Under the pieces are notes generated by a model. The model saw nothing but the letters and a program-made list of their open reading frames with translations. It was not told where the DNA came from and searched no databases. Below are positions 1-12,334 of a stretch of DNA of 64,000 bases, piece by piece. Numbering within the stretch: the stretch's first letter is position 1; each line of letters begins with the position of its first letter. The position numbers and the translations under genes were made by a program. The DNA comes from Gordius albopunctatus (lineage: Eukaryota): contig OZ193909.1 of assembly GCA_964276515.1 (NCBI GenBank), positions 11,904,001-11,968,000 on the forward strand, read 5' to 3'.

Positions 1-1435
1 AAATAGAATAGTACTAATTGACGTTGAACTAGAGTCCTCCAGGAAAACACTTTATGTCAATTGTTTCAACCCCAACTCAGTTCAATCTTTTTTCTTTTAA
101 AATCGGATCTTTTTAAAATGTCAAGCGGGCTTTTGGGTGACATGTAGGCTCTTCTTTGAACTAAATAAATCATTGCAAAAAAGAGAACTTTTTTGTTTTA
201 AAAATAAAAACAAATCTTTAGTTTGAGTATAACCATATCAATTTTTAAATGGGTAAGTCAGGCCAAGCTTTTTTTGCCTTAACTGAATACCATTTTTATT
301 TGATGGGAAGCAAGCCATTTTAATATAGGAGGCGAACCAGAAATGCCAGAGAGATTAAGAAATGGTTAATATTAACTTATAATGAGAGTAAATAGAAAAT
401 GCATTAATATTCGGTCAAAAGTAATCAAAATAAAAACAAAAGGAGAAGAAAAGCTAAATTAAATACCCAAACCAGAATCTTTTTAGACCTTATATCATTT
501 TTACATTAGTTTTATTTTTTTAACATTGACTCAGGAGATAAAAAAGTGTCGTCAAAAATATCGTTAAACACGAGGCCCGTGTCACGTCCCCTCTCTTCTC
601 TCAAAGATTTGGACGATCTGACGCAATTAGCGATGAGCAAAAGTTTAACCGACATCAAGCCTAACCCCCAAACGTGAGAAGTTTTAAATAATTGACTTTG
701 AAAAAGGGAAGCAAGAAACCTAATTTGAGAATTCTTATATGTTTAATGGAATAATCATTTAAATTATAAAAAGATTCAAAATCTTAACTTAAATACATTG
801 TTTGAATTTTATATAAGATGTACCCTTCATAGTGCTTTTTTAAATATTTTTTTAATATTTGTCTAAGTTATACAAGGCTGTATGTCGAAATCTAGCTAAG
901 CTTTTTTGTCTCATATATCGATCGATTCGTTACGTGTGTGAATTTCGTTTTAATTCTCCTCAACTTTGAAATATGTTTTTTTAAGTTCTCTAACTAAACC
1001 GGCCCGAATGATGACCATAAATGACGAGGCAGATATATTATTAAATTATAGGCTGTTGTCTGTGCCTGTTATTGGTTAAGATATGACGTTAACAATTTCA
1101 TAAAAACAAGTTTTTAATATATTTCAAAAGCTAAAATAAGGTAACTAAAATTAGGCCTTAATTCATAAAGGAAAAATGATAAAGAGCTGTCTGTTTTATT
1201 ATAAGTTATCTACCCGGGCGCAGCTGAGATATGTATTACAGCAAAGGGCTTTATAAATATCTGATTATAAGACAAATTTGGGGTCGGATATAATGATATG
1301 TGTAACAAATTAGATAATATTATGAATTAATATGGGTTTTTTTACACTTATTTGTATTCGTTTATGGACATGATAATGATTAAATATTTTGCAATTTTGA
1401 TTATCAGATCGTTCGTTCCATCTACCATCACTAAC

Positions 1436-4400
1436 ATGTTAAACGATGAAGGATGTTGCCTGGATACACTTGCAGAACCAGGCGAACACAAAGATAAAGA
1501 AGCTACGTCGGGGGAAAATGATTTATCAATTTCAACGCAAATTAATGAGAAAATATCGATCCCCAAAACGGAGAGCAAGCCATCGACCGTTGAAATGTTT
1601 AGAGAACTACGCATCCCTTTGAACGAGCTATTGCCAGAAGGTATATTGTTTATTGAGAACAACCATTATTTCATAATAATCTTACATATATAGGATTGAG
1701 GAGGTTAAGGAATTAGAACTTTGCACGGAATAAGCTAGGTTACAATAAATAAATATTCCTCTATTTGTGTTTTTGTAATGCGAAAATTGTTTTGGATCCG
1801 GCAGGTTAAAGTTTTTTAATTTATGTATATTTTGCGCAGTGGGTTGCTCCACTTCCACGTTGTATGACGAGCACAACTTCAAGATATTGATGTGCAAAAC
1901 TGCAAACGTCCCCGTCCCCGCTTCCAAAGTTTTCACCCTAACTCTCATAAACACCAACACCCGACCCATCACCGATATCCATTTTACCGTCCAAAGCGTC
2001 GATGTAAATCACGCATTTTGACAAAAATTAGGCGGGATGTTGTTTAGTGAGAAAATTTCTGTGTTGCCTTTTGGTTACAAATTAAATTTAGGGTGATCTA
2101 ATCATCTTTTCAACTCATCGTTCTCTAAAGTTAGTCTAAGTTAGTTTATGAGAAGAAATAATTCAAAGTTCTTGAGCCCCCACAGATTACCTAAAGTCGG
2201 CCCCTCTCCGGATCCTATTATATTTGCCTATAATCATCCAAATAAGTGTTTACGAACAATTTAGAATAAGGAAACTTTGAGGAATACCTACACTTTTACA
2301 TTCATTATAACCTCTACTTTAGACATTGCCATTCTAATATTTCGCTACATATTTTTAATAAATTTTCCTTGTGTGATTGCCACAGCCCTGCCTCTCAAAA
2401 ATTGAGCCTGGAAGGATAGATAATATTGCGCCCTTCAATCCCTTACTGCCTCCTCCCTTCCATATAGTGGTGCTGTACGTTTACAAACCCCACGACGTCA
2501 GTACACTTTATTTTTTTGCTCTAAGTTTTATATGTTGTGCGTAAGCTCCTTAACATACTGAACGAGTAAAATATTAGTTTAAACGGCACATTACTCATAA
2601 TATTATTTCATATTTAGCCCTGCTTGTATATATACGTTTTATGGGGTGAAAAATAGAATAAAGCGCTTAGCCATTTATAACGCTAATTGTGCATCACTAT
2701 TTAGCATTTTTCAAATCAACACGGTAGATAAATGAATGTTTTATAAAGTGGAAAAAATGTTTAAACACTATCAGTTTTTTTAGAAACTTAACCCTTTCCA
2801 AAGATGTTTGTATGCAACATACGAAAATTTTATTAACTTGCGCGGTTATTCATTGATAAAAAGTAATTATGTAAATTAAATGGTGATTCATTATCAAATT
2901 TTTAATACTATAATATATTTACCTGTACAGTATTAAATCTTAAATTTTTACTTATTTATTATAATATAAATATTAATTTAGCTAATGTTGCACATGAGTA
3001 ATCGAAATTTTAAAAAAAAAAAAATATGTGAGGTTTTTTAAATAAATTCGAATAACTTTGATCAGTTTAAAGATCGTTTTTATTTTTTATTTTTATATGT
3101 ATTCGTTGAATTTTTTAGGCCTGGAATTTGCAGACAAGATTTTTAGTGCGGTATGTATTGAATTCCAAAAATATAGAATCCTCAATAATTTTAAATAATT
3201 TATTTGATTAAATGTACACGTTTATTTATTAAATTTTGTCATTATCTGTATTGTTGCGTTTTTGGCTCATTACTACTATAAACTATAAATGTTTTATCAC
3301 GTCTATTTTATATATTTTGCTAACACAACGAACATTTGGTAATTCAAAATTATAAAACTAGTATAAATAATAGGATATAATTAATTGTATGCTATCGAAT
3401 CATAGATATTATTCTATAACATTGATTTGTGGTAGAAAACATAAATGCTAGGTATCTGAGATATCTTCTGAATATCCAGCCAGCGTTTAAACTTTTTAAA
3501 CGAGAAACTTGGTAGCAATTTTAGCTCTGACTATGAATTGAACGAAAGAGATACATTATAATTTTTCCATAGTAGACTATATTTGTGTCATGAGTCGTTT
3601 GTCAGAGGTTTTTTTGAAGGAATTTTATATTATCCTTTAAGGGTGCATGTATAATTTAATTAGTAAAATACTAAATCAGTCAATTATTAAAAAAGACTTC
3701 GCGTGGCCTTAAAAATTCAAGAAATGGATTACCAAGTAACTAGCATACAGATAGAGAGGTGGTAAGAGCATTTACACCAAAAATTAGAGGTTGCAAAGCT
3801 AATATTTAACGGTTTTTGATCTCTTTTTATCTTAAAATTAAATTTGGATTCCCACTCTACCCATAAATACTGCTCATTTCATGGTAAAATTTGTACCATT
3901 AAATCCTAACATTTTAAATTTAAATATCTCCCATGAGTTTCCGCAGTGTACCCCATTGTTAAAACAGAAAAAATGAATTTACCTGCCTCATTACTTTATA
4001 AATTAAAAAGAATTCTAATAAAGCGAATGGCAGTCTAAATTGCTTAAACACCACATCAGCACAACATCTTTATTTTTAAGTTTAATGAATAAATTGCTAT
4101 GCAATTTTTCGTTGATTTAGAATTTAAATGGTGTTTTTATTGTTTAACGAACTAGTTCAATATTTTTATTATGTTTTAAAAACACTATAATTAACCAAAA
4201 TTACCACAATCTATATGTCCTTCCATTTTTTATGCACATTTCAAAATGGCGGAAAAAGGTTCCATATAGTTGATGATCAGTCTATCTAGTCTATAGACAC
4301 TACTTCTAGGAAAATTTTGGGTCATTAGTCAGATCCGTAATAAGAGTCATCCGTGACATTTATTTTCTCGCTTTCAGAAACCAGTATTTTTTAGTAGTGT

Positions 4401-6590
4401 GATTGATCCGAATTTTGTTCTTACCTACGAAACCTAGTTAGCTTTATAGACTTTTTTGTGTCAAGGACCATATGCACCTTGATTAAACATATATATATTT
4501 GGGTAATGCTAGTGGGAAGGACGTATGCTTTGTTTAATCTAAAACTTGGCGTAATAAAACATCTTTGAAATACAATAGATAGCATTGCATCTTTAACGTT
4601 GTTTTTTACCCATTAAAGGCATCGTCTTCTAAACTGTTTAATTCTTAATAAATTAGCATCGTCACAAATTATGTATGATGATGCATGTTACATTATTATT
4701 CCTTTAGATACGCAAAAAATTATATAACTTATTTTAAACATGAGTTTTGGTTTTGATACTTGTCAAACCGATTTGAAAAATGGTGGAATGACAGAATGGC
4801 AATTTTTACAATCGGATTTGGGAACTGTAATATCGCTCCTCGGTCACGATGATCTGAATGTTATGTCGGAATTGGAGGTTTTTGATTTGGTTGTTAAATG
4901 GATTGATCACGATAAGTTATCTAGAATGCGATATGCCTACCAATTGCTTCAAAATGTTAGATTCGCAATCATGAGCCGTGACCAATTGTTGAGATGTTAC
5001 GAAATAGGGTTGGAAGATCTTTTCAAAATACCGGATTGTAGAAATTTATTAGTCAAGGCCAATTGGTGAGTTTCTGTGTAATAAACCTGAATCTTAACAT
5101 GTAATACACAAAAAACGAAAAATTATAAGTTAACTCATGCACATTTAGGCAACAGCGTTGCATTCACGACGGTCACGTTGAATTATTGAATCTTAACGAA
5201 ATGCCTAAAATGAGGAGAAAGATGAGGGAATTGCAAAATAATAAACTGGTCTGTGTGTTGAGAGCGTTGACGCTTCTATAAATGCATAATTATAGATGAC
5301 GTTTATATGTTTAACTAAAAAGATTAATCATCATTTATTTTAATGTTATCACAACAGGACGTAAAGTCAAATGACAGGCAAGTTTCGTGGACAAAAACAT
5401 GTTCAAATGGGGATAATTTAAATACAAGAGCCTATGATAATAAGGTGATGCATTCCTTCAAAAGAAATAATAAAATTATTGGAAAGGCCGAAGGTAAACA
5501 AGCAACATTTAGTTATGGAAACAGTCTAATTCAGGCTCGTATTGATACTGATAATGTGAATAAAAGTGCATGTTACAATGTACAGATCAAAGATCAGGCG
5601 GAAAAAAGACCACACTGGATTACATGTCCAAAGTATGGGGATCCAAACTTATTGGAATTGCTTAAATGGAAGGAATTATGGAATACCAATGATGGTGGCT
5701 ATAAAAATGACTTGCCGAGCAAAAATGATTCTAATATTGCTGTATTAAATAAAAAGATTGAACCTTCTAATATCATGCCAAAGAGCAATTTACAGGTAAC
5801 CAAAACAGATAACGAAGCTTCTTTAATGTCTGGGGTTAACCTATTTTGCTCGGTTAACGTGGCCAATTCCAAAAATAATCAGGATAATAGTAATAAAAAG
5901 GTCAGTTTTGCCAATAATACAAATGCTGGATTTTGTGCTAAATGGTTACCGGGTATTGAAACCTTGCAAAGATTTTTCTCGTGTGGAGGAAGACTTAGTA
6001 GTTCGAACAAAACTAACGAACCCAATTATGACTACGATGGCGATTACTACGACATGAATAAAACTTATATCCCTTCAAAATTTGTTCGTAACAAAGGTAG
6101 TACTTTAGCGACCAAGAAAAAAAGCATCACCGGTACTTCTTTAGAAACTGATAGAACCTCTCCCGAATCACCGCGTAGAAAATCACAAGATTCCAATTCG
6201 TTAAAACGACCCGTTTCGCCACCCCTTGCTAAACAAGTGCTTGGGAGAGTTCCCAAAGAGTTAGTCGAGCTCAACGATACTGACGAAAAACCGAAAGCTA
6301 TTACTACCAATAATAAAAATGTTGAAAACGTATTAGTAGAAAATAATGTAGGCGCAAAGCGCGTATCCCCTAAAACTAGCATCGAAGAAAAGTACAATGA
6401 CAAGATCAAGCCTCCGCCTGGCGATGTTGTTGAAAAGAATGCGAATGCCTTACAAAAAAATTATGCAGATGCTATCGCTTTGTCATCTGATAAAGCATCT
6501 ACCATCCCTAAAATTGTAGTTGGCAATGAACAAAAGGTTAATATTATCAACGAGGGTAGTGATCACCGTTCTAATTTACCAAAGAAATAA
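1436..6590 (+). pseudogene. BTB/POZ-BACK domain gene with a long low-complexity C-terminus and no recognisable kelch repeats; 5' half probably disrupted
   Basis: Candidate GT-AG exons: 1436-1640, 1840-2003, 2092-2129+, 2618-~2722, 2784-2844, 3119-3150, 4708-5066, 5149-5248, 5358-6590. BTB-like residues: TDIHFTV..GDLIIFSTHRSL and CASLFSIFQI. The splice 3150->4708 gives IRKKLYNLF*, and the BACK frame has TAA at 4725. Confidence 0.5.
4740..6590 (+). CDS. Open 3' portion of the BTB/BACK gene: BACK domain exon, short exon, and a ~410 aa N/K/S-rich terminal exon
   Basis: BACK signature FLQSDLGTVISLLGHDDLNVMSELEVFDLVVKWIDHD..R...LLQNVRF. In-frame splices TG|gtgagt..ag|G and CTG|gtctgt..cag|GAC. Stop TAA ends at 6590. 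Confidence 0.8.
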
Positions 6591-7126
6591 CTTTGGTTTT
6601 CGTTTGCGTTTAAAAATGATATATAACCTTGTAATGATTTCAACAAAGGACATAAGACAGAAAACCTTTTAATTATGTTTAATTTTAAAGAAAATAGAGT
6701 TATGGTATATTGAATCCTTTTATTATTGGCTATAAAAAGTATGCTTCAAAACTTATAAATTGCATATACCGCTCATAAAATGTATTTGCGAGTTTTAATA
6801 ATTCAATTAACAGTTCTGAAACACATTTCATTTATGAATTATAATTTTAGATCAAATTATTAAGTCTAAGTTAGAGAACTGCAAAGTCACTTTTTTTCAA
6901 CCCGAACCCGACTCGACCCAAAATTTTTTAAAATTTTTCAACCCGAACCTGACACCCTAAAGCCTTCTAAATTTTTCAACCCGAACCCGACTCGAAAGCA
7001 TTTTAAACTTTTTAACCTGGACCCGACCCGAAAGCGTTTAAATGTTTTTACCCAATCCTTCCCGAACTCGTTTCAAATTTTGGTATCCAACGCAAGTGTA
7101 AGAAAAATCACGGTGTGCATGATGGG

Positions 7127-7610
7127 TAGATAAATTGCTAACTTTAGCAATGCTAACTATGTGCTATGCTCGAGCACGAACACTAGCTGTGTAATATGCT
7201 AGTTTAACACAATGAGTGCTAGCTGTTCGGTGCAATAGTTTTAACAGTAGCATGTAAAAATGCTCGAGAGGTTAGTCGAAGCAGGAGCTCGAGCAGTGAA
7301 TTCCACTTCTGTGCAAAATGTAATATGTGAAAAATCTAATATAGGCAAGGGTTAGGGTTAGATTTAGTGATTTATTTGATAATAATTTATAAAATAGTAT
7401 TATACATTTTGATGTAACTTATTTTGTTTCAATTAACAATTATAGTATCCTTTTATTACGTAGTTTTTTAGTACATATTACATGCGCATGATGAATATGC
7501 GTGAAAACCGGTCTCAATTTCTAAAATGCGAATATTAAATTATTAGATTTTGCACATATTACATTTTGCACCAGATTCGTAAATTCGAGCAGATAGTAGA
7601 TTGAATTGCT
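7127..7610 (-). mobile_element. MITE family B copy interrupted by a nested MITE
   Basis: Reverse-complement similarity to 16141-16358 and 18951-19153. Similarity resumes after 7575 (TTCGAGCAGATAG). Confidence 0.65.
7308..7575. mobile_element. Small inverted-repeat MITE nested in the family B copy
   Basis: ~33 bp inverted repeats GTGCAAAATGTAATATGTGAAAAATCTAATA / TATTAGATTTTGCACATATTACATTTTGCAC. Confidence 0.7.
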
Positions 7611-8129
7611 ATTTGTTAAAATTACAATTTTAATCATATTATATTTCATAAATAAATTAAGAACTTTGCCCCCCCCCCCCTATTTTTTACCCTCTTTCTT
7701 ACCAGAGAGAAGGGGGTGTTTCTCCACCCCTCTTTTTACCCTCTTTCTCACCAGTTAATAAAATTCCTTTTATTCTTTAAATCGGATTGTTTTAATTTGG
7801 ACGCAGATTTAAACTTGACTCGTGAAGGGTAAAATATTTAAAAAATATTTTTTTTTTAATTTTATTTAAATAGTGTGGGTAGTTCATTATTAATTTCAAC
7901 CACATAAATATATATTAGTAAAGCAAATAAAAGTTAGTTTAAATTCATTAAAATATTCATTTGAAAAACTATATATTTCAAATTATATGTGACCCGATAT
8001 TGTAGAAGCTATCTCATGTTTATATATCTCTATAATAAATCCTTCAAATAAATTTAGTAATCGAAATCTGTGGTATCAATTAGTTTCATAAATCGCACTT
8101 AAATTTGTAGATTAAATTTTAAACACCCT

Positions 8130-8297
8130 CATGGGCGTAACCAAGATTGAAATTAGAGGGGGGGGCAATAATTATTAAGGGAGGGGCAAAATAACCATTT
8201 TTATAAATTTTAGCCATAATTTGATAAAATATCTAAGATTTTTTAGATTTAGAAGGGGGCAGCCGCCCGGCCCTACCACCTTCTGGCTACGCACATG
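8130..8297 (+). mobile_element. hAT-type MITE family A (CATGGGCGTA termini)
   Basis: TIR CATGGGCGTAACCA...TGGCTACGCACATG. Homologous to 23924-24100, 51050-51192 and 8433-8555. Confidence 0.8.
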
Positions 8298-8432
8298 CAC
8301 ACTGCGTAGTTTCTTACTCAGCGTTGGATATCAAATTTTTTTAACGCTTTCGAGTCGGGTTCGTTTTGAAAATTTTGCAATGCTTTCGGGTCGGGTTTGA
8401 GTTGAAAAAAAGTGACTTTTCAGTTCTCTAAT

Positions 8433-8555
8433 GATGGGCGTATCCCAGGGGGTGGCAGGGATGGGCGGCTGCCCCCTCTAACTCCAAAAAATCTTAAAAT
8501 TTTTATCAAATTATGGCTAAAATTAAAAAAAGCGTTATTTTGCCACATATCCTTG
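8433..8555 (-). mobile_element. Truncated MITE family A copy, inverted
   Basis: Reverse complement of the right two thirds of 8130-8297; it abuts the RTE fragment. Confidence 0.7.
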
Positions 8556-9302
8556 ATTCACATTATATAAGCGTCGGGTACACCATTGGAACTCAGGCTA
8601 TCCCATATCAACTGCCTTGGCACTTTATCGAAAGCTTTCTCAAGATCGATGAAACACATATGAAGATCCTTTTGTTTTTCCCTATATAATTCCATAAGTA
8701 TCCTAAAGACCATGTATTGCATCTGAAGTCGACTTTCCAGGCATGAACCCAAATTGTCTTTCATCTATTTATATTATTTTTCAGAGTCTAGCCTCTATAA
8801 CCTTTTCCCACATCTTCATTACGTGACTCGTTAACTTTATCCCTCGATAGTTGTTGCATTCTTGTACACCCCCTTCAATTTATAGATAAGTATAACATAG
8901 ATTTCCCTCCACTCATCAGTCATCATACCACTTGCAAGTATTTTGTTAAACAGCTTTGCAAGTAGATGTACACCTAAGGGTCCTAGCATTTTAAAAGCTT
9001 CCATAGGTATATTATCACATCTTTTTAAGCACCTGGTCAACCTCTTCCTCTGTCACTTCTAACTCTGGGTCATATTCATAGGTCTTGCTTTCGCAGTGGT
9101 CTGAAAAAACATTTTCCCTGTATAATAATTCTTTATAGTATTCTTCCCAACGATCTATGATTTGATGGTCCAGAGTTAGAGTGATGCCATATTTGCTCTT
9201 TATAGATTTCACGTTTACCACATCCTTTGAGTTCCTTGCTCCGGTCTTTGCGATTTTGTAGATCATTCTTTCCCCTTCTTTACTGGTTAACTTGGCATTC
9301 AA
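8556..9302 (-). mobile_element. Degraded RTE-clade LINE fragment (pre-RT region and N-terminal RT)
   Basis: Frameshifted ORFs 9015-9302, 8837-9040 and 8558-8764 with IYKIAK, IIDRWEEYYKELL, LFNKIL..GMMTDEWR and LMELYREKQKDLHMCFIDLEKAFDKVPR. Confidence 0.9.
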
Positions 9303-9590
9303 CTACACAGCGTTTTAAATTTAAACCTACTTATATTTGTTTTGGGAATATCTATTTATACCTTAAATTAATAATGAACTAGCACTTTACATTATTTAAA
9401 TAAAATTTAAAAATATTATTTTGTTGATATATTTACCTTTCATGAGTCAAATTTAAATTTGCGTCCAAATTAAAACAATCCGATTTAAAAAAACAAAAGG
9501 AATTTAATTAACTGAATGAATGATCTTCAATTATACATTTTAAATATTAATTAAAAAATATTGTACATAACAGAATTAATTTTAAAAAAA

Positions 9591-9958
9591 TGTCCCGTGT
9601 ATTTTGCATTATATTCATAACCTTTCCCCCTTTCGGGAAGTAAATACCGGTCACTAATATCGGGAAGTAGGTACCAGAAGGATAAAGTAATAATTACTTT
9701 ATTGTATATCCAATTAAAGTAAATCGTTTGCGAGAAAAGTAAGTGAGTAAGAAGTGTTTTAAACTCCTTTATATACTCGTGAATTAATTGAATAAATCAA
9801 TTAAGTTTAGTGGTGCCTCCGCGAGGTATAAATAAATCAATTACATTTAGTGGTGAATCCGCGAGGTATGCCTGATTGGTCAATTAACGTCGCGCAGTAG
9901 TAAGGTAATGTAAATGCGTCAATTAAGTTCCAAATCAATTAAGACAATAGACGCAACA
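9591..9958 (-). mobile_element. Candidate solo LTR
   Basis: On the minus strand it begins TGTTGCG and ends GGGACA. Order inside: CCAAT, two ~40 bp tandem repeats, TATATAAA (9768-9775), AATAAA (9698-9703). No TSD. Confidence 0.5.
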
Positions 9959-10319
9959 CCCCGACACTTGAAATCCAACCCAACCCAAAAGCATATTAAA
10001 TTTTTGAACCCGAAAGCTTTTTAAAATTTTTAACCCGAACCCGACTCCACCCGAAGACATTTCAGATAAGTTTCTCTCTTTTGTTATATGCTACAAATAC
10101 AAAATTCAGATATAATTTATATTTAATCAAATTAGATTTAATTGTTAAATTCTTAGGCCAATAAACTCATAAATATTTTAATAATTAACTTTAAAAATTA
10201 ATTTGATATAGATTTATATAATTTAAACAAGGCTGAAACGGTGATTAGAATCACAAACATCAGGATTTGAGCTGTATGCATTAGAATCTTCCTATTAAAA
10301 TTTTTTCTTAAGTCCATGC

Positions 10320-10870
10320 AAATTCATTTAGTGGTGGGAAAACGCGACGAATAATCTCATAGCGATATTCAATTTCAATAATCTTCTTATTTACCATGTA
10401 TTAAGTCCCACAATAGTGGGGTTTGTTTTGATAAGTTACTTCCACTACGCACCTTGTCCTGATTTATCTTCTTTGTCTTCATAACTATGTCTAATTACCC
10501 TTTTCATGTGACATGAGTACATCCCCTGCCTCTCTTCTCCTGATATCCAATACTTTTCGGATAATATCATTAGTCTCCCTTCTTAGTATATAACCATAAC
10601 CATACCACCGTAGCCAATTTTCGTTGATCAAATCCGCCATATGTTATATACCTATTTTTGTCCTAAGACAATTCTTTGTTATTTGGTCGAACATACTATA
10701 CCCTAAGCTCCACCGTATCATTTTTATTTCGGTGGCTTTTAATAGCTTTTCTTACGTGGCGTTTAATGCCCATGTTTCACTTCATAAAGAGTTACACTGC
10801 TTTTACGAGTGATTTGTAAGCTTTGCTCTCTACCCATATTGGCATCTTGTCGCACATTACACCGCAACTT
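10320..10870 (-). mobile_element. Degraded 3' end of an RTE-clade LINE
   Basis: Minus-strand translation with stops and frameshifts: MCDKMPI..KAYKSLV..SETWAL..EKLLKATEIKMIRWSLG..NENWLRWYG. Confidence 0.8.
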
Positions 10871-10926
10871 TCTCTAGAGTATAATTAACACACTATTAAA
10901 AATAAAGATACTAATAAATATACTAA

Positions 10927-11610
10927 ACTAGCTCTGCCCGGCCAAGCGTTGCTTTGACTTAGTACTTATTTGGCTAAATGATTGGTACCTAGCAATAGGA
11001 AATATATGAAAGAATTTGGGTGAGCTGAAAGAGAGTTTGTGATGTGAAAAAATATATTTTTATATTATGCAAATAAATATTAACTTAATAGAAAAAGGCA
11101 TATTTATAATTAATTAAATATATTTATAACAGTTTATAATACTTATTAGGTAGAGATGTTTAGCGATAACATACAAAGTTGAGTGACAAAAGTGTTTTAA
11201 TTAATTGAAGGGTGGATAATTATTAAAAATATGCTTCTATGATTGACCACGTGATAATAATGGCAAAATTGCGTAATTTAAATTTTATTTATTTAATTTA
11301 AATAGTTTGTTGAACTCCAATAATTTTGACCGTATACTGTAACATTTTTATTATACTTTTTAATATCTAATTCGAGAAAACTTCAACCTTGTATGTATGA
11401 CGTCATTATTGTATATGATGCTATAAATGAAACTGGCCGGGAAATGCCAGAAATTTTTAAAACGAAAAGGTATTTTAGGAATCTGAAAAATCTATATTAC
11501 CCCTGGCCACCCTGGGAACCTACGGGTAAAGTATCGGTCGAATCGGGCCAGTAGTTTCAGGATTTAGCCCTTACATACATACATACATACACTTTACTTT
11601 ATATATATAT
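10927..11610 (+). mobile_element. DINE-1/HINE-like non-autonomous Helentron element
   Basis: 5' ACTAGC..GCCCGGC. The 3' core TCGGTCGAATCGGGCCAGTAGTTTC is followed by a (TACA)n microsatellite and TTTTATATATATAT. Confidence 0.65.
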
Positions 11611-12052
11611 TTTTCATTAAATTTAAATTATATATATACTTTCATCTTTCTCATTTAAAATATCTCATTTAATGATAATGAGAAAAATTCTATATGTTCT
11701 ACTTCTATTGTTCTATTTCCGTATACAGTGCAACGCGTACGAATACAACACAACGCAATAAATAAAAAAATAATTAAATTAATTTTAAATTTAAAACTTT
11801 TATAAAATTTTTTTATCCTTCTAAAGAATGACATTTACATAAGACAATTATAATTTCATGCCAGAGTATAAGTGATAAAATTTGCAACTAATCTGTAGTA
11901 AAAAATTAATAATATATAAATAATGACATTTTTATATAAATATCATTTACTCAGAATAATCAACGTTGGATTATTTTTCATTACATTTAAATTATATATA
12001 CTTTCATCTTTCTCATTTAAAATATCTAATTTAATGATAATGAGAAAAATTC
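11610..12052 (+). repeat. ~80 bp direct repeat (11610-11690 and 11974-12052)
   Basis: TTTTTCATTA.ATTTAAATTATATATA..CTTTCATCTTTCTCATTTAAAATATCT.ATTTAATGATAATGAGAAAAATTC occurs twice. Confidence 0.85.
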
Positions 12053-12334
12053 ATCTTTTTCACCTATATATTTTCTCAAATAATCTATAATTTTATTTAT
12101 TTCAGGTTTAATTGATAAATTTTATGTTGTCACCGTTAAAAAAAGTTGACGTTTTAGAAAATACTATAAGTGATACACTTTTTAATTTCTATACAATTTA
12201 TGGGCTCACTTTCCATTTTGTTTGTCACGCTGTTCGTGTCACGCACAGTCATGTCCCGCTGTTCGTGTCACACACCGAATGTCTTCGTCTTGTTTACTAC
12301 TGAAACCGCTTGGAATTCGAATAAGCCATCCTGA

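Larger units (their letters stand above)
6872..8430. mobile_element. Non-autonomous hAT-like DNA element with subterminal AACCCGA repeats, containing nested insertions
   Basis: Inverted termini TAGAGAACTGCAAAGTCACTTTTTTTCAAC (6872) and GTTGAAAAAAAGTGACTTTTCAGTTCTCTA (8430). Repeated AACCCGAACCCGAC units. No clean TSD seen. Confidence 0.7.
7752..9514. repeat. Pair of ~165 bp inverted repeat arms (7752-7915 and 9345-9514)
   Basis: TTTAAATCGGATTGTTTTAATTTGGACGCAGATTTAAACTTGACTC versus GAGTCAAATTTAAATTTGCGTCCAAATTAAAACAATCCGATTTAAA. Confidence 0.8.

Noticed and set aside
60..380. Possible terminal exons of a minus-strand gene
   Set aside because: Short open stretches with splice-like sites but no consistent frame or recognisable protein.
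1694..1738. Possible exon with in-frame TAG at 1714, hinting at stop-codon reassignment or readthrough
   Set aside because: The 45 nt segment is phase-symmetric and can simply be skipped, and ~5,400 UBR4 codons contain no in-frame stop under the standard code.
12315..12334. CTCAGGATGGC (minus strand) next to the CRE poly(A), resembling the tRNA-Leu 5' end or a 28S rRNA motif as a target site
   Set aside because: Similarity stops after ~10 nt; there is no cloverleaf or rRNA context.
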